Positions 1 through 9,081 are shown, numbered from the stretch's first letter. The stretch is 64,000 nt of DNA from an uncultured bacterium (GCA_963710755.1 CAVQBK010000001.1:96001-160000); one strand, 5' to 3'. Program-made: numbers and translations. The notes: generated from the letters alone by a model not told the origin.

Positions 1-852
1 CTGGAAACCATTGCCACTCAATTGGTGACGGCTTTGGACAATATCCGCCTTTATGAGCAGATGTTCAACAACGAGCGTCTGGCGGTCATTGGCACCATGT
101 CCGCCAGCATTGCCCATGAAATCCGCAATCCCTTGGCCTCCATCAAAACTTTTATTCAAATGCTGGAAGACAAGCACAATTCGCCGCCCTTTATGGATAA
201 ATTCAACCGTATTGTGCCCTCGGAGATCGAACGTATTGCCAGGATTACAGCCGACTTGCTGGCTTTTTCCAAGCCTTCGGCTCCCAGTCTGACCGCGGTA
301 AAAGTAACGGACATGGTAGAAAAAGTATTGGCCTTAATGGCGCCACAGCTGAGGAAAAAACAAATCAAAGTGGAGAACAATGCGGACAAAGACATGACCA
401 TCCATGCTGATTCGCAACAGATTTTCCAGGTGATTTTAAATATTTTTCTCAATGCCATGCAAGCTTCACCCAGTGGCACTACCATTACGGTGACCACCAA
501 GGTCAGGGAAGAGAAACGGCGGACTGAAGAAGGGCAGAAATATTATGGTTATATCATGATCCAGGACCAGGGCAGTGGCATTAAGGAAAAAGAGATTGCC
601 AATATTTTCCAGCCTTTTTTTACCACCAAGACCGATGGCACCGGCCTGGGGCTGCCTACGTGCAAACGCATTGTGGAAGCCCATCAAGGCTTTATTGATG
701 TGGACAGCCAAGAAAATGTGGGCACCAAAATGACCGTGGTGGTGCCCATGAATTTAAGCCAGGCTGACCTGGGCTTGCCGCCCGAAACCGCGGCGGAAAC
801 CACGGAATCCCTTCGAAGCCCGGTGCCCCTGCCGCAAGTGCAGCCGGAATGA
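1..852 (+). CDS. Sensor histidine kinase, C-terminal part (end of GAF-like region, HisKA, HATPase_c); 5'-truncated by window edge
   Basis: H-box IAHEIRNPL, N-box NIFLNAMQA, DQGSGI, FQPFFTTK and GTGLGL. Frame is open back to base 1. Confidence 0.95.
   Translation: METIATQLVTALDNIRLYEQMFNNERLAVIGTMSASIAHEIRNPLASIKTFIQMLEDKHNSPPFMDKFNRIVPSEIERIARITADLLAFSKPSAPSLTAVKVTDMVEKVLALMAPQLRKKQIKVENNADKDMTIHADSQQIFQVILNIFLNAMQASPSGTTITVTTKVREEKRRTEEGQKYYGYIMIQDQGSGIKEKEIANIFQPFFTTKTDGTGLGLPTCKRIVEAHQGFIDVDSQENVGTKMTVVVPMNLSQADLGLPPETAAETTESLRSPVPLPQVQPE
805..850 (+). repeat. 46-bp direct repeat, copy 1 (3' end of kinase gene; att-like left boundary of island)
   Basis: gaatcccttcgaagcccggtgcccctgccgcaagtgcagccggaat matches 5828-5873 at 45/46 positions. 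Confidence 0.95.
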
Positions 853-892
853 TCAGGAAAATCCAAGCACCAGCACGAGGGCCGGAGTCACT

Positions 893-1186
893 TTGACACC
901 GCAGGAAACCGCAGGAAGACCACAGCCACCGATCTCTGATTCAAATATTGCAATAAAACTGAGCAAACTTTTTTCAAATATGTTTGGCGACGAAAACGGA
1001 AATCTTGATTCTTCAAAACATGTGTTACAGGATAAGCAAGTAAGAGACTTACTCTGGCAAGGTGCGACACAGGATCGACTTAACCAAGAATGGATAGATG
1101 CTTTAACTAAACAGCGCAATGAAACCATCAAGAGACTTAAGCTCTCGGAAGCTGACATGCCCCTCCCGGATTGGATGAAAAAATAG
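893..1186 (+). CDS. Hypothetical protein, possibly the 3' remnant of a gene cut at the islet junction
   Basis: 97-aa ORF with TTG start. The frame stays open upstream through the repeat junction. No recognisable motif. Confidence 0.4.
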   Translation: MTPQETAGRPQPPISDSNIAIKLSKLFSNMFGDENGNLDSSKHVLQDKQVRDLLWQGATQDRLNQEWIDALTKQRNETIKRLKLSEADMPLPDWMKK

Positions 1187-1476
1187 GAGTAAGTGGGGTG
1201 GAAATAATTCCAAGGAAGGTTGGGGCTAAAATATCTCATCAAATGTAAAACCTACGTAAATACCAATTTACGGTTGTCATCTCTCCTGGGATTACTTATG
1301 ATGATGGCCGATTAAAAAGCAACCCTAAAAAATGAAATTAAAGTGAAAGAAAAATTTGATTTGACTGTCAAAATAACTGATGTCATTTCGGGAAAAAGGG
1401 AGATGAGGTGTGTTTTGGACGGCAAATTTAAGTGCTTGCTCCCAAAAATGAAATCTTCCGAAAAAGGATTTGAACA

Positions 1477-2067
1477 ATGAAATTAATCCTGACTTTATTA
1501 GGCATTTTAATACCTGTAATCTCAGTTGCAGCTATGCAATCCACGGATGCCATTATGGAAAAAGACGTTTTTAATATGACTGGTAATACGGCTACCGCAG
1601 GCAGCGAACAATTACAAAGCTCGGTTGGTGAAATGGCGATAGGTCAATTTAACGGCGAGGGTATGATTCAAGCCGGCTTTTTTAATGATTTCGTTCTACC
1701 TGTACCCACAGCCACCCCAACTGCCACCATAACGCCCACACTTGTTCCTACAGCCACACCTATGGCGGGTTTTGACGGCAAACTGATTTCAAAAAATTAT
1801 GTGTATTGCGCACCCAATCCCAGTCGTGGCAGCATCATGAATTTTGTTGTCCATACAGCCCAGGCTTGCGATGTTGACGTTAAAATGTATACATCGACAC
1901 ATAAGTTTGTGTTGAGTTTTGAGATGGCATCCAACCAAATGGAAAAAATTACCCATCACTTGTACGTCGGCAACTTGGCCAACGGTGTTTATTTTATGCT
2001 GGTTGAGGCCCGTAATAAAGAAGGTGTGGAAGAACGGCTGATTAAAAAAGTTGCGTTAATAAAGTGA
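1477..2067 (+). CDS. Secreted protein with Pro/Thr-rich linker and C-terminal T9SS-CTD/FlgD-Ig-like domain
   Basis: Signal peptide MKLILTLLGILIPVISVAA; PTATPTATITPT linker; C-terminal YCAPNP...NLANGVYF...KKVALIK pattern. Confidence 0.7.
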   Translation: MKLILTLLGILIPVISVAAMQSTDAIMEKDVFNMTGNTATAGSEQLQSSVGEMAIGQFNGEGMIQAGFFNDFVLPVPTATPTATITPTLVPTATPMAGFDGKLISKNYVYCAPNPSRGSIMNFVVHTAQACDVDVKMYTSTHKFVLSFEMASNQMEKITHHLYVGNLANGVYFMLVEARNKEGVEERLIKKVALIK

Positions 2068-2140
2068 TGAAGCATTTGAAAATCTTACCTAATAGGACTT
2101 TATTGTATGATCTTATTAGAGGGAACATCAGGAGGGGGAA

Positions 2141-3082
2141 ATGAAAAATATTAAAGTAATTGCTGTAATGGCGGGCTTGCTTTCGATGGCTGCTTTTGTT
2201 TCGGCCAATGTGCAAGCGGTTTTTAATTACCAGGGCCGCCTAACGCAGCAAGATGGCACACCCTATACCGGAAATCATTCCATTACATTGAGTATTTACG
2301 ATGTTCCAACAGGAGGGGTGGCATTGCGCAGCGCTGTTTATCAGCGCAATATCATGAATGGCTATTTCAATATACAATTCGGCACGGAAGTTACCATGGA
2401 TATATCCACACTGCCTTTTGATCAGCAGTATTATATCGGTGTTCGTGTGGATGCTCAGGACGAAATGACGCCTAGGGAAAAGTTAGGCAGTGTGGCCTAT
2501 GCCATGAGGGCAATGTCCTCTGGTTCGATAGATGATAATGCAGTAACTACAGCTAAATTAAGTGACAGTGCGGTTACCGGTCCCAAACTTGCAACCTCTG
2601 CCGCTAGCCTGGATAAGTTAGCAAGCAATGCCGTTAACAGTTCCAAAATTGTTGATGGTAGTGTGGCGCAAGCGGACTTGGCTATGAATGCTGTCATGCC
2701 GGTTGGATCTATTATTGCGTGGCACAAATCGTTGTATAATACTCTCCCTTCAAATTGGGTGGAATGCAATGGAGGAACGGTTAGTGATTCCAGCAGCCCT
2801 ATCAATGGAAGTCCTATACCCAATTTAAATGGCGAGGGGCGGTTTTTGCGGGGAGGCACGACATCGGGCACTATGCAAGCTGATGAGTTGAAAAATCATA
2901 CACACAAGGTCATATCGAGCTGGGTGTCTGGCAATCGAACAGAATGGCACGTCGTTGCTGATTGGACAGATGCTAATGATGGGCCAACTGATGAAAAAAA
3001 TGGGCCGTCACTAACCAGCACTGGCGGTGGTGAGACAAGACCGATCAATATGAGCGTGATTTGGATTATGAAAATAAAATAA
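2141..3082 (+). CDS. Secreted tail-fibre/collar-like protein
   Basis: Signal peptide; NYQGRLT..G N-domain; 10-aa repeats (IDDNAVTTAK/LSDSAVTGPK/LASNAVNSSK); collar motifs PVGSIIAW, WVECNG, PNLNGEGRFLRGG, QADELKNHTH and ETRPINMSVIWIMKIK; RBS aggagg. Confidence 0.75.
   Translation: MKNIKVIAVMAGLLSMAAFVSANVQAVFNYQGRLTQQDGTPYTGNHSITLSIYDVPTGGVALRSAVYQRNIMNGYFNIQFGTEVTMDISTLPFDQQYYIGVRVDAQDEMTPREKLGSVAYAMRAMSSGSIDDNAVTTAKLSDSAVTGPKLATSAASLDKLASNAVNSSKIVDGSVAQADLAMNAVMPVGSIIAWHKSLYNTLPSNWVECNGGTVSDSSSPINGSPIPNLNGEGRFLRGGTTSGTMQADELKNHTHKVISSWVSGNRTEWHVVADWTDANDGPTDEKNGPSLTSTGGGETRPINMSVIWIMKIK
3032..3082 (+). repeat. Tail-collar C-terminal coding motif, copy 1 (ETRPINMSVIWIMKIK*)
   Basis: A diverged second copy lies at 3765-3815. 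Confidence 0.85.
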
Positions 3083-3094
3083 TCGAGGTAAATA

Positions 3095-3742
3095 ATGATC
3101 GCTGCTGAAGTTGTTAATATTCCCTTGCGGCATAAATTGCTGCTAAGAGAATTGGTCAAAATTAAACAAAGATATTTTGATAAAACAAAGATCAATTTGT
3201 TAGATATAGGCGGCTCTAATGGCGCGTTTCTTGAATTGGTAAAAACTCAATGTTCTGATTTTGAAGAAGCAGGGCTAGTAGAAATTGATGATCATTTCAA
3301 GGAAAGAATATTAAATTTTGGGAAGTTTTATTATCAAGATTTACAGATGGGCACCGGAGATATTCCGTCGGGGAAATACCAAGTAATTACGATGTGGGAA
3401 TTGGTTGAACATATTGAAAATAATTACGGGCTGTTTAGGAATATTTATAAATTGTTACCTCCAAATGGCTTAATTGCGATTTCAACACCGAATGTTTGCA
3501 GCTTAAGCCGGCTTATTAAAGGTGAAAAATGGATAGGAGTGAGAGACAAAAGTCATAAGGTATTAATGAGCCATGTTTCTCTTAAAATGATTTTAGAAAA
3601 TTGCGGATTTGAAGTGATTTTGTCGCGGAATTATTTTTTTCCTAATCGCTTGCCCCCGGCATTGGATTGGTTTAATAATTTAATTTCAGCATTTCCTGGC
3701 GGGGGGATGTTATTTATGGCAGCGGTTAAAAGGAGCTCGTGA
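3095..3742 (+). CDS. Class I SAM-dependent methyltransferase
   Basis: LLDIGGSNG motif I, ITMWELVEH, LPPNGLIAISTPN. Confidence 0.85.
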   Translation: MIAAEVVNIPLRHKLLLRELVKIKQRYFDKTKINLLDIGGSNGAFLELVKTQCSDFEEAGLVEIDDHFKERILNFGKFYYQDLQMGTGDIPSGKYQVITMWELVEHIENNYGLFRNIYKLLPPNGLIAISTPNVCSLSRLIKGEKWIGVRDKSHKVLMSHVSLKMILENCGFEVILSRNYFFPNRLPPALDWFNNLISAFPGGGMLFMAAVKRSS

Positions 3743-3764
3743 TCCGCCGTCACGAATTGCAAGT

Positions 3765-3815
3765 GAAACCCGGCCCAAAAATATGAGTATCGTTTGGATT
3801 ATGAAAATAAAGTAA
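3765..3815 (+). pseudogene. Orphan C-terminal fragment of a second tail-collar gene (ETRPKNMSIVWIMKIK*)
   Basis: gaa acc cgg ccc aaa aat atg agt atc gtt tgg att atg aaa ata aag taa; preceded in frame by SRIAS; 13/16 residues identical to the end of 2141-3082. Confidence 0.8.
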
Positions 3816-3823
3816 CTAAGCCG

Positions 3824-5716
3824 ATGCGATTGGACAACCTTACGAAAAATGACAGTTTCATAAGAAAAATCACCAGTTTTGTCATAAATAATAATGGCAT
3901 GAGATTTTTGCTGATCTGCATGTCTATTATCAATATCACTTATTTGCTTGCGCTCAAAACTTTCGAAGAAAAAGCAGCGTTGTTTTTTATCAATCCTAAT
4001 TTTCCATCTGATGTGCTAGCTTGGATGTTGAAAACCTTTATCCTGGTAAGTGTTTTATTAACAGGATCTTATATTGGTTTTCGAAAAATATTCCTTAATC
4101 GCAAACCCGGAAAAAACCGGGGCATTTTGGCTTACCTGCCGTTTGCTTTGTTGTTTCCCGTGGTTATCATTGCTGGAATTATGCCGATACATCTCCATTT
4201 TACCATTTTATTGCTTAAATATTCCTTGGCCGGCTTTCTTGTCATTAATGTCATCCTCTTTTTTAATGAAAAGTCCATTAATGATATTGTAACCAATTTA
4301 AGTGTGTCTGCGAATAAACATCTGGGCAAAATAGCGCTATTATATTTTTTAATCGTGAGCTTATTAGCTGTATTAAGACATTTTTCCATTAATACACATG
4401 GTTATGATCTGGGCATATTCGATCAGGTGGTGTGGAAATATAGTAAACTAGCCTCACCCTTCAGCAGCATTTTGTCCAAAAATATGCTGGGAGAACACTT
4501 TTCTCCGATTTTAATGCTGTTGGTGCCGTTATACTGGATCTGGTCCAGCCCTGTAGTTTTATTAGTTGCCCAAACTTTTTTTTTGGCGCTAGGTGGTTGG
4601 ATTTTGATGAATTTGGCCAAGAAAGAACTCGATTCTCCGGCTTTAATAATAATCACCGTTTTGGCCTATTTTGGCTTCCCTTATTTGATCCACGCCAACC
4701 TGTACGATTTTCATGAAGTGGCCTTTGAAGTGCCTATTCTCTTTGCCTTTTTCTGGGCAATATTAAATAAGAAATACGCCTTTTCTTTTTTATTCGGTCT
4801 GCTTTTTTTATTCTGTAAAGAAGATACCTTCCTCTATTTAATCGGTTTTTCCTTGATCCGCACGATCATGCTGTTGTTGGGAGATAAGGACAAAAAGGAA
4901 ATAGCCTTACATGCCATTCTAATGGTTGTGGCCGTGATCTGTGGAATTAGTGTTCTTAAATACATTATGCCTCATTTCACCCCCGGCCATGCAGGTTACA
5001 ATCTTGCCAGGTATAAGAATTTAGGAAATACTTTTTCTGAAATAGCCGCAACTTATCTGTTTCGTTTTCCCTATTTGATAAAACTCTTGTTTCAATCAGA
5101 CCGTTTTGTTTATTTACTAAGATTGTTTGCAACCCTGGGATTCGTACCTCTTTTAAGCCCGGGGTACTTTCTGATAAGTCTTGTTCCTATTGCCGCCGTT
5201 ATTTTTGGCCAATATAACGAGTTCATAAGGATGGATTTGCAGTATGCCTTGCCTATTATTCCTTTTCTTTTTTTAGCCTATCTTTTTGGTATGCGGCAAC
5301 TGGAAAAATTAATGGCAAGTGAAAATAAGAAAAAATGGTTTTTACCAGCCGTGACTTTTTTAGCCTGTCTTATTATTCTGAATATTAAGGTCAGGGATTT
5401 TATTCCGTTGATACCCGATCAACATGGTTTGGCAGCCTATAAAATGCTGGAGAAAGTGCCGCCTCACGCCAGTGTTTCCGCTCAGTCCGATCTGGTGCCC
5501 CATCTTTCTCAACGCGATCAAATCTATAATTTCCCTGAAGTCAACAATGCCCGGTATATTGCATTAGACCAAAAAGGGAACTACTGGCCGCTTGATAAAT
5601 CCGATTATGAAAAAAAGGTTGCAGCCATTTTGACGGCACCGGCTTATAAGCTGATCTATTCCTATGATGGTTATTTGTTGTTCGAAAAGCAAGGTGATAA
5701 AGTGGAAAATCACTGA
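3824..5716 (+). CDS. DUF2079-family multi-pass membrane protein (GT-C-like)
   Basis: YDLGIFDQ, LGEHFSPI, YDFHEVAF and CKED motifs with many TM helices. ATG 3824 is preferred over TTG 3794, which lies inside the orphan repeat. Confidence 0.85.
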   Translation: MRLDNLTKNDSFIRKITSFVINNNGMRFLLICMSIINITYLLALKTFEEKAALFFINPNFPSDVLAWMLKTFILVSVLLTGSYIGFRKIFLNRKPGKNRGILAYLPFALLFPVVIIAGIMPIHLHFTILLLKYSLAGFLVINVILFFNEKSINDIVTNLSVSANKHLGKIALLYFLIVSLLAVLRHFSINTHGYDLGIFDQVVWKYSKLASPFSSILSKNMLGEHFSPILMLLVPLYWIWSSPVVLLVAQTFFLALGGWILMNLAKKELDSPALIIITVLAYFGFPYLIHANLYDFHEVAFEVPILFAFFWAILNKKYAFSFLFGLLFLFCKEDTFLYLIGFSLIRTIMLLLGDKDKKEIALHAILMVVAVICGISVLKYIMPHFTPGHAGYNLARYKNLGNTFSEIAATYLFRFPYLIKLLFQSDRFVYLLRLFATLGFVPLLSPGYFLISLVPIAAVIFGQYNEFIRMDLQYALPIIPFLFLAYLFGMRQLEKLMASENKKKWFLPAVTFLACLIILNIKVRDFIPLIPDQHGLAAYKMLEKVPPHASVSAQSDLVPHLSQRDQIYNFPEVNNARYIALDQKGNYWPLDKSDYEKKVAAILTAPAYKLIYSYDGYLLFEKQGDKVENH

Positions 5717-5827
5717 ATTTAGTATTGAGCAGTACCCCTCATCCTGCCTCCTATGGTGCCCGAAGAGTATCCCCCAAATAAGTTGGGGAGAGGAGCAAAG
5801 AAAAATAGTCTTGAAAAAAGCAAGTCC

Positions 5828-5873
5828 GAATCCCTTCAAAGCCCGGTGCCCCTGCCGCAAGTGCAGCCGGAAT
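5828..5873 (+). repeat. 46-bp direct repeat, copy 2 (att-like right boundary), followed by a 9-bp micro-duplication agccggaat
   Basis: 45/46 identity to 805-850; agccggaat occurs at 5865-5873 and again at 5874-5882. Confidence 0.95.
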
Positions 5874-6028
5874 AGCCGGAATAAGGTTTTCTATTTTTAA
5901 ATTTTGGTAACCTATTGCCTCCCAACTTTTTTCCTGCTCCTAATGTCATCCCCAATTTCTGAGTTTCTAAAACAAACCATTGTTAAAAAAGGTGTTGTTC
6001 ATTATAATGCTGAAATTACAGCAAGGAG

Positions 6029-6538
6029 ATGAGCATGCGCACATTGGCGGTTTACCCGGGAACCTTTGATCCTGTCACTACAGGGCATCTGGATCTGATC
6101 AGGCGCTCCAGCGAAGTCTTTTCCAAAGTCATTGTGGCGGTGGCCGGCAGCACCCAGAAAAAAGCCCTCTTTACTGTGGAGGAACGAATGCACATGCTCA
6201 GGAATGCCACCGCAGGCCTGGAACGCATTGAAATAGGATCTTTTGAGGGGTTATTGGTGGAATACATTAAAAGCACCCACGCCCATGTGGTGGTGCGCGG
6301 GTTGCGAGCTATTGCTGATTTTGAGTACGAATTTCAATTGGCGCAAATGAACCGGAAACTCTATCCTGATTTTGAAATTGTGTATATGATGCCTGGTGAA
6401 AAATATACCTACATCAGCTCGTCCTTGGCCAAGGAAGTGGCTTTACTGGGCGGGGATATTTCGGAACTGATCCCCGGGGAAATCAAAGAATATTTTCTTG
6501 AAACGTTAAAGACAAGAAAAACAACGCAGGAGGCTTAA
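6029..6538 (+). CDS. coaD: Phosphopantetheine adenylyltransferase
   Basis: AVYPGTFDPVTTGHLDLI, VRGLRAIADFEYEFQLA, ISSSLAKEVA. Confidence 0.97.
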   Translation: MSMRTLAVYPGTFDPVTTGHLDLIRRSSEVFSKVIVAVAGSTQKKALFTVEERMHMLRNATAGLERIEIGSFEGLLVEYIKSTHAHVVVRGLRAIADFEYEFQLAQMNRKLYPDFEIVYMMPGEKYTYISSSLAKEVALLGGDISELIPGEIKEYFLETLKTRKTTQEA

Positions 6539-6539
6539 G

Positions 6540-8189
6540 GTGGGAAAAAATAAAGTCTGTTTTTCAATGAGCGTGCTGAGCTTGTGTGCCTTGATGATGT
6601 TGGCCGGCTGCAGCCGGCAAAAAGAGGAAGATCGCATCCCCAATCCTTTGGTCCATTACAGTCCGGCCTACGGCGATGCCATTGTAGAAGGCACCATAGC
6701 CGATCCTGCTATCCTCAATCCGGTATTGGCCTCTGATTCCGCCTCTTTTGAAGTCATTGATCTGGTGTTCAGCTCGCTGCTGAAAATGGACAAAGATCTT
6801 AATCTGGTGGGGGATGTGGCCAAGAGTTGGAAAATATCTCCTGATGGCAAGGTGATTACCTTCTACTTAAAAGAGAATGTTAAATTCCACGATGGCGCGC
6901 CCTTAACGGCCAATGATGTGCAGTTTACCATAGCCACGTTCCTTGATCCTAAAATTAAAACGGCTTACCGCAGTAATTTTGAAAACATCACCAAGACCGA
7001 AGTGATCAATGATTACACTTTCCGGGTGACTTATCGCGAACCTTTTGCACCCTCCTTGGAGCGTATTGGCGGCATGGCCATCCTACCCAGACATTTACTT
7101 AAGGGTCGGGATATTAATACGGCCGATGATTTTAATTTCAAACCTATTGGCTCCGGTCCCTATAAGTTCGTTAAATGGACCCGGGCGGAATCGGTTGTTC
7201 TAAAAGCCAATGCCGAATATTTCGATAGCCGGCCCTATCTGAACCGGGTGGTTTTCCGCATCATTCCCGATTCAGCGGTGGAATTTTTGGAGCTGCAAAA
7301 CGGGGGCCTGGATATGATGAGCCTGACCCCGGATCAATATACGGGAGAAGCCAGCACCGAAAATTTCGAAAAACGATTTAACAAATATCGCTATCCTGCC
7401 AGTCAGTACACCTATTTGGGCTTTAACTTACGAAAAGACATTTTTAAGGATAAGCGTTTCCGGCAAGCCATTGACATGGCTATTGATAAAAAAGCGTTGG
7501 TCAAAAGCGTGCTCGACGGTCTGGGACAGGAATCCACCGGACCGTTTACGCCCAATTCCTGGGCCTTCAATCCTGAAGTCAAACCGGAACCTTTTGATCC
7601 GCTGCGGGCCAGAGAAATCCTGACCCAGCAACTGGGGTACACCTATAAAAATGACGGCATGCTTTACAAAAACAATCGGCCGCTGGAATTGACCATCCAG
7701 ACCAACCAGGGCAACCGCAACCGGGAACAATCGGCCACCATTATCCAAGCCCAGTTGAAGGAAATTGGAATCAAAGTTAATATCCGTATCATTGCCTGGA
7801 GCACCTTTTTGGATCAATTTATTAATAAACGGAAATTCGATATGGTGTTGATGGGGTGGTCCCTGCCTCGTGATCCTGACAATTACGCTATTTTTCATTC
7901 TTCTCAGACCAAAGAGCATGAATTCAACTTTTTATCCTACAAGAATCCTGAGGTAGATCGTTTGTTGGAAGAAGCCCGGGTCACCTATAACAAGGAAAAA
8001 CGCAAACGCATGTATTATCGCGTCCATGCTCTTATCGCTGCTGATCTGCCCTGTGTTTTTCTATATGTGCCGGATAGTCTGCCCTGCGTGCACCGCAGAA
8101 TATTAGGCATTGATCCGGGCCCGGCCGGCATAGGTTACAATTTCACCAAATGGTTTGTACCGGAAGGCTATCAAAAATACGCCAAATAA
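6540..8189 (+). CDS. oppA: Peptide ABC transporter substrate-binding lipoprotein (family 5)
   Basis: Lipobox LAGC; VKFHDGAPLTANDV and PIGSGPYKFVKW. Confidence 0.9.
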   Translation: MGKNKVCFSMSVLSLCALMMLAGCSRQKEEDRIPNPLVHYSPAYGDAIVEGTIADPAILNPVLASDSASFEVIDLVFSSLLKMDKDLNLVGDVAKSWKISPDGKVITFYLKENVKFHDGAPLTANDVQFTIATFLDPKIKTAYRSNFENITKTEVINDYTFRVTYREPFAPSLERIGGMAILPRHLLKGRDINTADDFNFKPIGSGPYKFVKWTRAESVVLKANAEYFDSRPYLNRVVFRIIPDSAVEFLELQNGGLDMMSLTPDQYTGEASTENFEKRFNKYRYPASQYTYLGFNLRKDIFKDKRFRQAIDMAIDKKALVKSVLDGLGQESTGPFTPNSWAFNPEVKPEPFDPLRAREILTQQLGYTYKNDGMLYKNNRPLELTIQTNQGNRNREQSATIIQAQLKEIGIKVNIRIIAWSTFLDQFINKRKFDMVLMGWSLPRDPDNYAIFHSSQTKEHEFNFLSYKNPEVDRLLEEARVTYNKEKRKRMYYRVHALIAADLPCVFLYVPDSLPCVHRRILGIDPGPAGIGYNFTKWFVPEGYQKYAK

Positions 8190-8261
8190 ACCGGCAAAGG
8201 ATCGGCTTGTTTTTGACTTTTTATCGCATGCAGATACCACCATGCACAAGGAGACGGGCTA

Positions 8262-9014
8262 ATTAATATCTATCGTATCGATTATGAACACGGAAAATAC
8301 TACGCCCTGTTGGAAGGCGGACATTACCGCATTCTTTCCGGCCATCCTTTTGGGGAATGGTACGCAGAACAGACGACGGTCGCTTTGAAGGCCGTACGTT
8401 TGTGCGCACCGGTGGAGCCGGGTAAGATCATTGCCGTGGGATTGAATTATAAAAGTCATGCCCTGGAAATGGGAATGGCTCTGCCCGAAGAACCATTGAT
8501 TTTCCTCAAACCCAACAGTGCTTTAGCGTCTCCACAAGACGACATTCGCCTGCCGGCTATGAGCCGACAGGTTGATTTTGAAGGGGAACTGGCTGTTGTG
8601 ATAGGGACCAGAGGTAAGGATCTCACGGTGCAGGAGGCCGAAGCGATGATTGCCGGCTATACCCTGGCCAATGATGTTACAGCCAGAGATCTACAGTCCC
8701 GCGACGGCCAATGGACCCGGGCCAAAGGCTTTGACGGCTTTTGCCCGCTTGGCCCTTGCCTGGCCACCGGCCTGGATTGGAAAACCTTGTCCTTTACCAC
8801 CAGCGTCAATGGCATAATCAAACAAACCGGCCAAACCAGTGATTTTGTTTTTGATATTCCCAGCATCGTATCCTTTGTTTCCCGAATCATGACCCTCATG
8901 CCCGGAGACGTCATCTTGACCGGTACTCCTCCGGGTATTGGGCAAGTGCACAGTGGCGACCAGGTGAGCGTGCATTGCGATCAAATTGGCACCCTGACCA
9001 ACCGCTTTGTCTAG
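8262..9014 (+). CDS. Fumarylacetoacetate hydrolase family protein (start may be ATT 8262; ORF track uses TTG 8310)
   Basis: KIIAVGLNY, DFEGELAVVIG, NDVTARD, KGFDGFCPLGP, GDVILTGTP; RBS aaggag at 8248-8253. Confidence 0.9.
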   Translation: MNIYRIDYEHGKYYALLEGGHYRILSGHPFGEWYAEQTTVALKAVRLCAPVEPGKIIAVGLNYKSHALEMGMALPEEPLIFLKPNSALASPQDDIRLPAMSRQVDFEGELAVVIGTRGKDLTVQEAEAMIAGYTLANDVTARDLQSRDGQWTRAKGFDGFCPLGPCLATGLDWKTLSFTTSVNGIIKQTGQTSDFVFDIPSIVSFVSRIMTLMPGDVILTGTPPGIGQVHSGDQVSVHCDQIGTLTNRFV

Positions 9015-9081
9015 GACTTGAATTCGGAAAGCATTGGAGATGCCCGGGATGCAGCATCTCAAGATATAGGAAAGTAGACGG

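Larger units (their letters stand above)
851..5873. mobile_element. Putative ~5 kb genomic islet bounded by 46-bp direct repeats; no integrase inside
   Basis: Flanking direct repeats, visibly AT-richer cargo, and accessory-type genes lying between the kinase and coaD. Confidence 0.65.

Noticed and set aside
2141-3082. Prophage call based on the tail-collar gene
   Set aside because: No capsid, terminase, integrase or other tail genes are present, and the protein has a signal peptide.
5664-5900. 78-aa ORF spanning repeat copy 2
   Set aside because: It overlaps the DUF2079 end and reads the repeat out of the kinase frame; no coding support.
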